This document shows, in pieces, positions 40,201 through 53,380 of a DNA stretch of 64,000 nt (positions within the stretch are counted from its first letter, which is position 1; every line of letters starts with the position of its first letter). Under the pieces are notes generated by a model, which saw nothing but the letters and a program-made list of their open reading frames with translations, ran no database searches and was not told the origin of the DNA. Source of the DNA: the human T2T-CHM13v2.0 reference genome, Homo sapiens; assembly GCF_009914755.1 (NCBI RefSeq), contig NC_060932.1. One strand, given 5' to 3'. The translations under genes were made by a program, and so were the position numbers.

Positions 40201-42491
40201 TGATATGGTTTGGCTGTGTCCCCACCAAAATCTCAACTTGAATTGTATCTCCCAGAAGTCTTACGTGTTGTGGGAGAGACCCAAAATACCCAGGGGGAGG
40301 TAATTGAATCATGGGGGCTGGTCTTTCCCATGCTATTCTCATGATAGTGAATAAGTCTTGTGAGAACTAATGGGTTTATCAGGGGTTTCTACTTTTGCTT
40401 CTTCATTTTTCTCTTGCTGCCACTATGTAAAAAGTGCCTTTTGCCTCCTGCCATGATTCTGAGGCCTCCCAGCCATGTGGAACTGTAAGTCCAATTAAAC
40501 CTCTTTTTGTTTCCAGTTTTGGGTATGTCTTTATCAGCAGCATGAAAATGAACTAATATGGTAAATTGGTACCAGTAGAGTGGGGCGTTGCTGAAAAGAT
40601 ACCCAAAAATGTGGAAGCGACTTAGGAACTGGGTAACAAGCAGAGGTTGGAACAGTTTGGAGGGCTCAGAAAAAGACAGGAAAATGTGGGAAAGTTTGGA
40701 ACTTCCTAGAGACTTGCTGAATGGTTTTGATGAAAATGCTGATAGTGACACGAAAAATAAGGTCCAGGCTGAGGTTGTCTCAGATGGAGATGAGGAACTT
40801 GTTGGGAACTGGAGCCAAGGTGACTCCTGTTATGTTTTAGCAAAGAGACTGGCAGGGTTTTGCCCCTGCCCTAAAGATTTGTGGAACTTTGAACTTGAGA
40901 AAGATGATTTAGGGTATCTGGCGGAAAAAATGTCTAAGCAGCAAAGCATTCAAGATGTGACTTGGGCGCTGTTAAAAGCATTCAGTTTTGAAAGGGAAAC
41001 AGAGCATAGAAGTTTGGAAAATTTCCAGCCTGACAATGTGATAGAAAAGAAAAACCCATTTTCTGGAGAGAAATTCAAGCCAGCTACAGAAATTTGCATA
41101 AGTAGCAAGGAGCCTAATGCTAATCCCCAAGACCATGGGGAAAACGTCTCCAGGTCATGTCACAGACCTTCATGGCAGCCTCTCCCATCACAGGCCCAGA
41201 AGCCTAGGAGAAAGAAGTGTTTTTGTGGGCTGGGCCCAGGGCTGCCAAGCTGTGTGCAGCCTAGAGACTTGGTGCCCTGTGTCTCCGCTGCTCTAGTCAT
41301 GGCTGAAAGAGGCCAATGTACAGCTTGGGCTGTGGGTTCAGAGGGTGGAAGTCCCAAGCCTTGGCAGCCTCCACATGATGTTGAGCCTGTGGGTGCAGAG
41401 AAGTCAAGAATTGAGGTTTGGGAACCTCTGCCTAGATTTCAGAAGATGTATGGAAATGTCTGGATGCCCAGGCAAAAGTTTGCTGCAGGGGCAGGGCCCT
41501 CATGGAGAACCTCTGCTAGGTCAGTGTGGAAGGGAAATGTGGGGTTGGGGTCCTCACACAGAGTCCCTACTGGGGCACTGACTAGTGGAGCTGTGGGAAG
41601 AGGGCCACCATCCTCCAGGTCCCAGAATGGTAGATCCACTGACAGCATGCACCATGCACCTGGAAAAGCCACAGACACTCGACGCCATCCCATGAAAGCA
41701 GCCAGAAGGGAGGCTGTACCCTGCAAAGCCACAGGGGTGGAGCTGCCCAAGACCACGGGAACCCACTTCTTGCATCAGCTTGACTAGGATGTGAGACCTA
41801 GTCAAAGGAGATCATTTTGCACCTTTAAAATTTGACTGCCTGCTGGATTTGACTTCCCCGCATGGGCCCTGGAACCCCTTGTTTTGGCCAATTTCTCCCA
41901 TTTGGTATGGCTATATTTACCAATACCTGTACCCCCATTGTATCTAGGAAGTAACTAGCTTGCTTTTGATTTTATAGGCTCATAGGCGAAAGAGACTTGT
42001 CTTGTCTCAGATGAGACTTTGGACTGTGGACTTTTGGGTTAATGCTGAAATGAATTAAGACTTTGGGGGACTGTTGAGAAGGCATGATTGGTTTTGAAAT
42101 GTGAGGACATGAGATTTGGAGAGGCCAGGGGTGGAATGATATGGTTTGGCTGTGTCCCCACCAAAATCTCAACTTGAATTGTATCTCCCAGAAGTTCCAC
42201 GCATTATGGGAGGGACCCAGGGGGAGGTAATTGAATCATGGGGGCTGGTCTTTCCCATGCTATTCTCATGATAGTCAATAAGTCTCACGAGATCTGATGG
42301 ATTTATCAGGGGTTTCTGCTTTTCTTTCTTCCTCATTTTTCTCTTGCTGCCACCATGTAAGAAGTGTCTTTTGCCTCCTGCCATGATTCTGAGGCCTCCC
42401 CAGTCATGTGGAACTGTAAGTCTAATTAAACCTCTTTTTGTTTCCAGTTTCGGGTGTGTCTTTATCAGCAGTGTGAAAATGAATTAATACA
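40201..42491 (+). mobile_element. Complete THE1A provirus: 5' LTR 40201-40560, internal 40561-42136, 3' LTR 42137-42491
   Basis: Two direct LTRs starting TGATATGGTTTGGCTGTGTCCCC; purine-rich tract before the 3' LTR; degenerate TSD gcatt/tcatc. Confidence 0.95.
40588..41787 (+). pseudogene. THE1-int (MaLR) internal ORF relic, open for 399 codons
   Basis: ORF track; MWESLELPRDLLNGFD...CPCPKDLW is typical of the MaLR internal ORF; ends at TAG 41785-41787. Confidence 0.8.
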
Positions 42492-43312
42492 TCATCACTA
42501 ATCATCAGAGAAATGCAAATCAAAATCACAATGAAATATCATCTCATTCCAGTTAAAATGGTTTGTATCAAAAAGGCAATAACAAATGCTGGTAAAGATG
42601 TGGAGAAAGGGGAACCCTTGTACACTCTTGGTGGGAATGTAAACTAGTACAGCCAATATAGACAACAGTATGGAGCTTCCGCAAAAACTAAAAACAGAAC
42701 TACCAGCAATTCTAATACTGAGTATATATACAAGAAAAAGGAGATCAATATATCAAAGAGATATCTGCATTCCCACATTAATTGCAGCACTATTCACAAT
42801 AGCCAAAATATGGAATCAACCTAAGTGCCAATGGATGGATGAATGAATAAAGAAAATGTAGAATATACACATAATTATTCAGCCATAACAAACAATGAAA
42901 TCCTGCCATTTGCAACATGGTTGGAACTAGAGGCTATTATGTTAAGTGAAATAAGCCAAGCACAGAAGGACAAATATCACATGTTCTCACTCATATGTGA
43001 GAACTAAAAGAGTGGATCTCATGAAGATAGAAGATTGTTGGTTACCAAAGGCCAGGAAGAGTGGGAGGGAGAAGGGTTTGAAGGGAAAAAAAGAATATAA
43101 ATGGAGCCATTATCACTTAATTGTACACTTAAAAATGGTAAGAATGGTAAATTTTATATGTATATTTTATCTCAATAAAAACCCCACAAAATTGCAAAAA
43201 TTATTACTTTGTAATTATAAGCATATACTAGCCTAGGGATTAGAAGGAATACATGGTGGTGGGTTGAGGAGAAAACTATGCCAAAGACGTGTCTAAGAGA
43301 GCAGTCTTAAAA

Positions 43313-43546
43313 AAGGATTTCTTAACCTTTGCATTGTCATTAGGGGTGGACAATTTTCTGTTGTGGGATGCTATCTTCCGCCTAGGATGTTTATTAGCAG
43401 TAATCCTGGTATTTACGTGCTAGATGCCAGTAACATCTCCCCTCAGCCCTCCACCCCTGCCCTGCCCTGATGTAATAACCAAAAATGTCTCTAGACATTG
43501 CTAAATATCTCCTGGGGGCAAAATTATTCAGGGCTGAGAACCACTA
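43313..43546 (-). mobile_element. MER20 (hAT-Charlie)
   Basis: aaaaatgtctctagacattgctaaatatctcctgggggcaaaat ... gagaaccact. Confidence 0.85.
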
Positions 43547-43574
43547 AGTTGGAGTCAGAAGAGTGAAACAATTT

Positions 43575-43755
43575 TAAAAATTAGCTGGGTGTGGTGGTGC
43601 ATGTCTGTAGTTCCAGCTACTCAGCATTGCTTGAGCCCAGTAGTTTGAGGCTAGACTTGGCAACAGCTCTGCATGCTGTATAGAGGTAGAGACCCTGAAA
43701 AAAGAAAGAATGAAAGAACGAAAGAAAGCAAGAAAGAAAGAAAAAAGAAAAAAAT
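43575..43755 (+). mobile_element. Degraded AluJ right arm with (GAAA)n tail
   Basis: aaattagctgggtgtggtggtgcatg followed by GAAA repeats. Confidence 0.7.
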
Positions 43756-43977
43756 TGATCTAATCTTGAAATGTGAAGGAGACATCTCACTGCACAGAAA
43801 CATAGAGAACAACTGTTTGTAATAATTATTAGTTTAATATATATTTTCTTTGCTAGATTGTAAGATGCACGAGGACAGAGACTGTACCTCTTATTTTTAT
43901 AATCAGATCATAATCTGAAAGTTAGTCGACAGGTGTTTATTGCATTGCTATGGGTCTATCAATGGGTTATGTGCATT

Positions 43978-44572
43978 TGAGGCAGGATAGGTAGTCAAGG
44001 AAGTGACCATGTTGCCAGGAAGCAGTGATCGTGGTGGCCATACAACCAACACAGGCCTCAGCGTTCGCAGTATAATTGAGCTCATTCAAGCAAAGCTATC
44101 TGCGGTGGGGACTTTTCCTTCTAGAGAGCATGTGCACTTGGATTTTACCAGTCCTCAAATTGGCGCTTTGCTCATTTCAATAGTGAAAAATACACTCCTG
44201 GGTGGAGATTTCAGATGCTAATGAGACACACGATGCATGAACAAGCATGTGCAGCTACTGTGCATGTGCACCCAGAGGACCACCCAGAACATACCTACTA
44301 GTAACGCCTCTTCCCACCTTCTTATGAATTATTATGTAAAACTCCCATAAAGGGAGTCTCCCTAGTGCCAGTCTTTGCTGGCTCATCCTTATGGGCAGCC
44401 CACCCTGAATCCTCTCTCTCTCAGGGTGTCCTGTCTATTCTGTACCTACCTTTCAAAATATTCTTTTTCTTTTGCAATAAATCACTGTATGCTGCACCTT
44501 CTTTGCCAGGTGCTCTTATTTAAATTCTTTTAAACTAAGGAGACAAGAACTGAGGTCTCACAGAAACCATCA
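43978..44572 (+). mobile_element. ERV1-class solo LTR (MER84-like; family uncertain)
   Basis: TG...CA termini, AATAAA at 44476-44481, LTR-like 3' agacaagaac. Confidence 0.7.
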
Positions 44573-45899
44573 ATATTTTGGAAATAAAAGAGAGGATTTA
44601 GAACTGAGTCTGTTCTTAAAGTGCTTCATGGCTTATTTTCTAATTGCTTACTATACAGTAGCTCTTTTCTGTGCTACTAGATAACAAAACCTATAGTACT
44701 AAAAACCATGTTCTTTTTCAAAGAATGCAGAAAAGAGTATGAAGTAGAGGAAGTAGAGGAGGAAGTAGAATTAAAGTTGATTCTTGATGAATGGACTAGT
44801 TTTCAGTGGGTGGAAGAAAAAAATGAATGAGGGATTCCGGATGTGGTGAACAGCATAAGCAGAGCAGAGCATAAGCTATTCAGTTAGGAATTAAAATCAT
44901 TTTGGTGTTGAGAGCAAGCAACTATTTTTTTTTCTCGAGTACTTACTATGTGTCAGTTACTCTGTTAACTGGTATGTATATATTATTTCATTTATAGGAC
45001 TCAGCCAGTGAAGGCATGAAAGTGTTAGAATCATTTTAATGGACTTGATTCAAATGAGGGTGGGGAAGTATAAGTAAAAGTCAATCCAAGATATTGTCTC
45101 AGCTCCTGGAACAGTGGTTCCATTGATGGCATGGCTGCTTGGAAAAGTGGTCAAAATTTATTGGTAATAGGAATTTTCTTTTTGCATTTTAGAGCTAAAA
45201 GGGGGCCTTCAATGTCATATTTGAATCTGGCAACAAAACAACCAAAAAAGATATCCTCTATGTAATAGGAAATATGAGATCAGAATCCCTGTGAGAGGAC
45301 ACAGGTAAAGATGTAAGTTTGGAAATCATCTGTCACGGGAGTGGATGAAATGGCTAAATGGGTAAATCAAGAGAAGAGCTGCTTGCCAAAATGAGAGCCT
45401 CAGTGGACACTACCTATTAGAACACCTGACAACAAAGAGAAGATGAAGAAGAAATCAGAGAGGAAGGAGGAGAAACAGGAAAGTACAGAGTTGAAAAATA
45501 TTTAGAAAGGAAATGATACATGATTATTAGGATTTCCTACCACTCTGAGATGTAAAAAGAGGCAAAGTCAGTTTGGGGAATTCTTCAAGTCAAGAAGCCT
45601 GGTTATCTTCATTCAGAGAATGGAAGAGCTCAGCCTCACCTTTCAATTCTCATTGGCTCTGAAACATCATAGGGGTGGGGTGGATAAGTTACTTTGTAGC
45701 TTTTATTTCTATTTGTGGCTATGATCTGGGTTGTTTACACTTTGTAAATAATTTTACAGAAATATAACGATATTAATGTTTTGAAAAAGGAATTGCTATA
45801 GGAGAGCAAGTGTGGAAGGATAAGACCCACAATGGAATCCAACGTAGATTAGTAATGAAGTTCTTTAAACTTGTCCAGCATGACAATGATCTAGAGCAA

Positions 45900-46385
45900 C
45901 AGAAATGTCTTCTTGGATTCATTCCATGCGAGCTAACTTGGCCTCCGTGCTCCTATTCCATTGTTCCTAGAACATAACACTCATTGTCCATGCACTTGCT
46001 GTCCCAATCTACTCAGGAGGCTTTTCCTCCCAATATCTACAAGGCTTACTAACTCACTCTCTTCAGATCTTGCTCAAATGTTACCTTATCAAATCAGCCT
46101 TTCCTAACCACTCTTTCGAATACAGTAACTACCATTTTTACCCTAGACACTCCTTACTCTCCTTACTGTGCTCAAGGAAATTAGGATAGACTTATTACCA
46201 TCAGATAGACTATGCATTCTCTTATTTATATGTTTATTGTCTGATCTCCCCTTACCCCTGTGCACATACCAGCAAATTATCTCTATCATGATGGAGATCT
46301 TTTATTTTATACTTGCTGCTACATCCCCCATGTTCTAGAACAGTTGCAGGTACTCAATAGATGTGGAATGAATGGATGAAAAGGC
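45900..46385 (+). mobile_element. L2 3' fragment
   Basis: ctcaaatgttacctt ... caggtactcaatag ... gaatgaatggatgaa tail. Confidence 0.7.
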
Positions 46386-46399
46386 ACTATCTTTATAAT

Positions 46400-46943
<544 letters not shown>

Positions 46944-47074
46944 TTAGCTATCACTATTAATGTGGTTCTGTAATGTGACTGAAAAGTGTAGTACTTTCAA
47001 ATCTGGACGTATAAATACATGCTATCCAGAGGTCAGAAGGGAAGGGATTGTTGGGGCCAGAGAGGCAGTGAGGA

Positions 47075-47700
47075 GCTATAGTAGACTGAATGCAAGAATG
47101 GTCACCACCAATTCCTTCTACCCTAAAACATGCCATTTCTCTGTCAAGAGGTAGAGTCTATTTCTCCTCTTCCTTTAAATCTGGTCTGGCAAAGAGTGCA
47201 ATGGAAGTGATGTTTTGAGACTTCCAAGGAAGATCATAACAAACTTCAGCATCCTATGGGGCCTCTTAGAATGCTCCAAGTAAAGCCAGTCACTATCTAA
47301 AAAGTTTAACTACTGTGAACCACCATTATGTAAAGACACTCAAACTAGCTATGTAGTAAAACCATATGGAGAGAGAGTGATGCAGGTCAGCCCCTAGCTG
47401 TTCCAGCCATTCCAGTCAAAGAACAAGGAATGTGAGCAAAAAAGACATCTTGGACATTCCAGCCTCAGCAGATGCCATAGGGAAAAAAATCAAGGCCACT
47501 GTCTTATGGCCCCAATTTAGTCACCTCATCCCTCTTCAGCCATTTGTGCTACCCTAGATGAGGGCCCAGATATTTTGGAGCAGACATAAGCCATATCCAT
47601 TTTCCCCCAACCAAATTTTATATACAGAGAATTGTGAGCATAACAGACTGATTTTTAAATGCAATTGTATTTTAGGGCAGTTTGTTACACAGCAACATGT
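47075..47700 (+). mobile_element. Old MaLR LTR (MLT1G/H-like)
   Basis: tcaagaggtagagtctatttctcctc ... ttttagggcagtttgttacacagcaa. Confidence 0.7.
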
Positions 47701-47890
47701 AATGGGAGCTGGAGACATTCAGTTTGCAGAAATTAGGAAAACTTTAAAATGCTCTTTATATTATGAAAGCAATAATAATGAAGATCATGATAATGACAAC
47801 AACACTGGTAGGCATATTTTATTAAAGGTCTAGTATATCTTGGGTACTCTAATTACTAAATTTACTTCTTATAAGTTTGAGTAGTGTATG

Positions 47891-48312
47891 TGTGATGGTT
47901 AATACTCAGTGTCAACTTCATTGGATTGAAGGATGCAAAGTATTGATCCTTGGTGTGTCTGTGAGGGTGTTGCCAAAGGAGATTAACATTTGATTCGGTG
48001 GCTGGGAAAGGCAGACCCACCCTTAATCTGGGTAGGCACAATCTAATCAGCTGCCAGCATGGCTAGGATAACAGCAGGCAGAAGAATGTGAAAAGACTAC
48101 ATCTTTCTCCCGTGCTGGATTCTTCCTGCCCTTGAACACCAGACTACAAGTTCTTCAGCCTTGGGACTTGGACTGACTTCCTTGCTCCCCAGCCTATTGT
48201 GGGACGTTGTGATTATGTGAGTTAATACTACTTAATAAACAAACTCCCCTTCATATATATATATATGTATATCTTATCAGTTCTGTCCCTCTAGAGAACC
48301 CTGACTAATACA
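47891..48312 (+). mobile_element. MLT2A1-like solo LTR (HERV-L)
   Basis: TGTGATGGTTAATACT...GAACCCTGACTAATACA; TSD gtatg/atatg. Confidence 0.9.
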
Positions 48313-48450
48313 ATATGTTAATGTAGTTAGACAAGTTTGCACATTTGCATATGGTGATGGAATCTATCCAACCACAACTCATTTTGCTTGTCTCCCCACC
48401 ACTCACATGTGAGGGGTCTTGTGAAGCATATCAAGAATTTGAGACTTTAT

Positions 48451-48766
<316 letters not shown>

Positions 48767-49719
48767 GAGACTTTATCTTAAAGGCAATGAGCAATCATTA
48801 AAGAAATTGTATCAGGTTGCTGGTACAATCATATTTGAATAATTATAAATTATTTTGGCTGCAGTGGGAAGAAATGTTGTTGCAGTGGTCAAGTAGTCTT
48901 CAAATGATTCACTAGGGTGAAATGATGGGTTTGGCACTAGGGTGGAGATAACTGAGATAAAAAAAGAAGAGTTGACTGATTTAATGGAGGTGGGTAAGTA
49001 TTGGAAAGATTGTACCCAGGACAAATTTGAAGGATTTGGGGTTATTCTCCAAGTTTTTATTCACATATTCCCAGAAAAGTCTCAGGAGTTATTCTATCTG
49101 GCCTGGGTGGCCTGATAAATTACATGTAATTTAATTTCCTTTAATATCATTCTAAGACGGTAAACTTAACTATAATTTTTTTGGGGAGAGGATAGGAAGG
49201 TACTTTGATACTTTCTCATTTACCCAAGAACAGGGCTTTCACAGGCATGGAGAGGGTGGGAGAGAGGGTGTTTGTTCTTAGATTCATGCTCTTATAGGAT
49301 GCATGGTGGCAGGTGTGATAATGATGTCTTACCTTGCAAAATAAAAGGATGATGCTAATAGTTCAATTCCTAGATAAAATCAGGATAGCAGAGGAGGAAT
49401 CTTGTGGAAGCTTTTGGTTTATTTGGGAGGGAACTGTAATTATGAAATTGGGTAAGATGGTGGGAGGCTTCCTCCCTCACACCATCACGTTTGTTTCTGT
49501 CCTTTTGGCTCACTGTACATGGCCAGGAATAATAGTCTTCAAGTGTCACTTTCAAGCTATGAATTTCCCAGAAAATGGAACATGGATGATTTTTCTTGCT
49601 TAGTTCAGGGCCATGTGTATTGATTTGTATCTGATCTTGAATTTTTCTAACTCAAGGTTTCTACATACTACAAGGTTTCTAACTCAAGAACATTTTTCTA
49701 ACTCAAGGTTTTTACTACT

Positions 49720-49960
49720 AATAGCAGCAGTTGACATTTATATAGTGGTTTCTCTGTGTCAGACACTGTTCTGAACACTTTTCATGTGTTAATTTAATCA
49801 TTATGAAAACCTTATGAGGTAAGTACCATCATCATTCCCATTTTACAGACAAGAAAATTGACAGCAGAGAGGCTTTGTAACTAACCCAAGATCACTAGGA
49901 AGCAGTAGAGGGTGTATTTAAATCCTGGAACTCTAGCTTCATAGACTGTGCTTTTTAACC
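49720..49960 (-). mobile_element. MIR
   Basis: cccattttacagacaagaaaattga core. Confidence 0.75.
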
Positions 49961-51960
49961 AATGGGCTTAAGTTGGTAATTCTTACTGATTTGGTTAATC
50001 ACTTACTGATTTTGATAATCACTTCTATTTCTTGAGTATTTACTATATTAAAGACACTTTGATACGTAGTAAGTGAAAGTAGACACTGGCACTATTTAGT
50101 TTCTAGAAAGAAATAAAATATTACCTATATATTCTTATATAGGTACTATTTTCAATCCCATTTCATGAGGGGGAAACTGAGACTTAGGGGGGTTTAAGTA
50201 TCTGCTGGTAAGTGGCATAGTCACTTTGAATTGAGGTCTACCTCATACCACAACCCATGGGATCAACTGTCAGCTAATACCTATCTAGCTTATAGAAATT
50301 TGGTTTTGCCGGTTGTCTCTACTGCATCCTGCAGGTCTTTCCTAATATTACAGGATCTCTTGGGAATAAAACAACTCTTTGCCTGAAGTCCAATGATCAA
50401 ATAAAAAAGCCAATATCTCTTTTAACTGTGCAATTCAAGCACATCTAGTGTAATTTTACAACTCATCCCAGATTGCATTTATTACTCTGATGGCTTGTTC
50501 CAAATACAGACTATGGAGCCCATGTAGCTTGTTTCATGAAATATAGGATAGAGTGAGGAGTCTTTTGGTTTTCTAATATGGAAGTAGAGGATGCCAGCAA
50601 TAACTTTCCATATTTCCATTAAGACATATTTATTAGTGCTTACACTCATATAGTTGAATCTATAATTTTATAGGAAATTATAATAATTTCTTCATCCCAG
50701 AAAGTCAAACATTTCCAAGTAGGGAAGAAAATTGACTTTCATGTAATTTTCTCAGTTTATTTATGCTGAAGAGGCTTTTGCCATGTGAAGTTTTCTGAGT
50801 ATGGCTTAGAGGCAAATAAATCTTTCATTTTAAATAGCATAAAACATCTGGGAATTAGTTCTTATCTATTAAATTAATAGTTCATGGAACTCCAGTTTTG
50901 TGGAGTTTGTCCTAAATTCAGGGTAGAGTGGAAATCATGTTCCCTGATGGAAAAAACTTGGCTGCTAGGCCAAGATTGGTTTTGACAAAAATTGCAGTTC
51001 ACTCGTTGATTTACTTAGATGATTCTCATTCTACTTTACCTTAAGAAGATGTCTTCATGGGATTCAGCGAATGTTTTTAAACAGATATATGAGGCAAACA
51101 AGAATGAGTTATCAGCTAATATCACAGATAGTTGATTCCATGAATAGACTGTCAGGCTGAAGTGACCCAAGATGATGAGATACTTTTCAAGAACAGTCTT
51201 CAGATGGTAAAAATTAGACAGTATTCCACATAAGTACTCCCATTATAGTAAAAACATCACCTTTTAGAATTCAAAACAAGTGGTAAGCATGAAATTCCCT
51301 GTTAAATGCTTTCTGTTATAGCTACTCTGATAAACATTTTCTGTGGCGAATTTATTTCACTAAAGATTTGCAGACCCAAACATGCATTTTCAACATACAA
51401 AATTGTTCCCTTTTGTTTTAAACAGAGCACTGTTATCAAGATGGGGTATGACCTTCACAGAATGAAACTGATTGATTCCTTCTCTCATTATAAACTTTTA
51501 ATGATGATATGGAAGACCCAAACCCATACGCAAACATAAACCCAATATAAGCACTTATCTTAGTAAGGACATTTTACGGAAAAGAGGATGGTTAGCTCAT
51601 CTTTGTTGGAATAAAAATTTAATATTTCTTAACAGTCACTGAGTGAGAGTCTGCTGGGAGGGTAGATTACTGGTTTCTTAGAACAAGTCCGAAACCCATT
51701 AAGCCTCACGAAAAATTGTTATGCATTTTATCAGGAAGTCTAATTTCTTCCCAGAGGTAAGTCTTGAATAACATTACCAAATAGGGTTTTATCCCATACC
51801 AGGTTTTGGACAATTTTTCTTTTATAGAGATAATAGGGTCTTGTATCTATAAATAAGCCTGATTAAAAATTAAATAAGTTATTTGGTTAAGTCTCATTAA
51901 AGAATGTAAATTTAGCTCCCACGCTCGGATATCAAAGGTTTGTGTTTATGAGGAAAATAA

Positions 51961-52016
51961 AGAGAGAGAATATGTGTGTGTGTGTCTCTCTGTGTGTGTG
52001 TGTGTGTGTGTGTGTG
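51961..52016. repeat. (AG)/(TG)n compound microsatellite
   Basis: (TG)13 at 51991-52016. Confidence 0.95.
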
Positions 52017-52144
52017 CACACATGTGCTCTCCACTCCCTCAATCTGTGGACACATGATTAGAAAAACTACCCTTAAGCATTTTGATCACTTATGGCAAAG
52101 CAAGTGTTACAGGAGCATGTTGCAACAAAACCAGAAAGAATGCA

Positions 52145-53380
52145 AACTGGCTAGCCATATGTAGAAAGCTGAAACTGGATCCCTTCCTTACACCTTATAC
52201 AAAAATTAATTCAACATAGATTAAAGATTTACATGTTAGACCTAAAACCATAAAAACACTAGAGGAAAACCTAGGCAATACCATTCAGGACATAGGCATG
52301 GGCAAGGACTTTGTGTCTAAAACACCAAAAGCAATGGCAACAAAAGCCAAAATTGACAAATGGGATCTAATTAAACTAAAGAGCTTCTGTACAGCAAAAG
52401 AAAATACCATCAGAGTGAACAGGCAACCTACAGAATGGGAGAAAATTTTTGCAACCTACTCATCTGACAAAGGGCTAATATCCAGAATCTACAATGAAAT
52501 CCAACAAATTTACAAGAAAAAAACAAACGACCCCATCAAAAAGTGGGCGAAGGATATGAACAGACACTTCTCAAAAGAAGACATTTATGCAGCCAAAAAA
52601 CACACGAAAAAATGCTCATCATCACTGGCCATCAGAGAAATGCAAATCAAAACCACAATGAGATACCATCTCACACCAGTTAGAATGGTGATCATTAAAA
52701 AGTCAGGAAACAACAGGTGCTGGAGAGGATGTGGAGAAATAGGAATACTTTTACACTGTTGGTGGGACTGTAAACTAGTTCAACCATTGTGGAAGTCAGT
52801 GTGGCGATTCCTCAGGGATCTAGAACTAGAAATACCATTTGACCCAGCCATCCCATTACTGGGTATATACCCAAAGGATTATAATTCATGCTGCTATAAA
52901 GACACATGCACACGTATGTTTATAGCGGCACTATTCACAATAGCAAAGACTTGGAACCAACCTAAATGTCCAACAACAATAGACTGGATTAAGAAAATGT
53001 GGCACATATACACCATGGAATACTATGCAGCCCTAAAAAATGATGAGTTCATGTCCTTTGTAGGGACATGGATGAAACTGGAAACCATCATTCTCAGCAA
53101 ACTATCCCAAGGACAAAAAACCAAACACCGCATGTTCTCACTCATAGGTGGGAATTGAACAATGAGAACACATGGACACAGGAAGGGGAACATCACACAT
53201 CGGGGCCTTTTGTGGGGTGGGGGGAGGGGGGAGGGATAGCATTAGGAGATATACCTAATGCTAAATGATGAGTTAATGGGTGCAGCACACCAACATGGCA
53301 CATGTATACATATGTAACAAACCTGCACGTTGTGCACATGTACCCTAAAACTTAAAGTATAATAATAATAAAAGAAAAAA
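52145..53380 (+). mobile_element. 5'-truncated L1PA3/PA4; ORF2 C-terminus open for 286 aa (52298..53158)
   Basis: Perfect TSD aaagaatgca at 52135-52144 and 53381-53390; ORF ends FSLIGGN; G-rich 3'UTR tract. Confidence 0.95.

Larger units (their letters stand above)
35574..43190 (+). mobile_element. Near end-to-end L1MA (L1MA1/2-like) with internal deletions, interrupted by THE1A
   Basis: 5' end aaatggtggcatagaagcaagctgg; ORF1 C-terminus (36385..36741 PRILCPAKL); ORF2 start MAVVSPYLSI at 37085; endonuclease CCLQETH; RT relics; 3'UTR resumes after 42491. Confidence 0.9.

Noticed and set aside
44738-44878. Short repeats gaagtagag x3 and agcataagc...agcataagc
   Set aside because: Ordinary slippage in purine-rich DNA.
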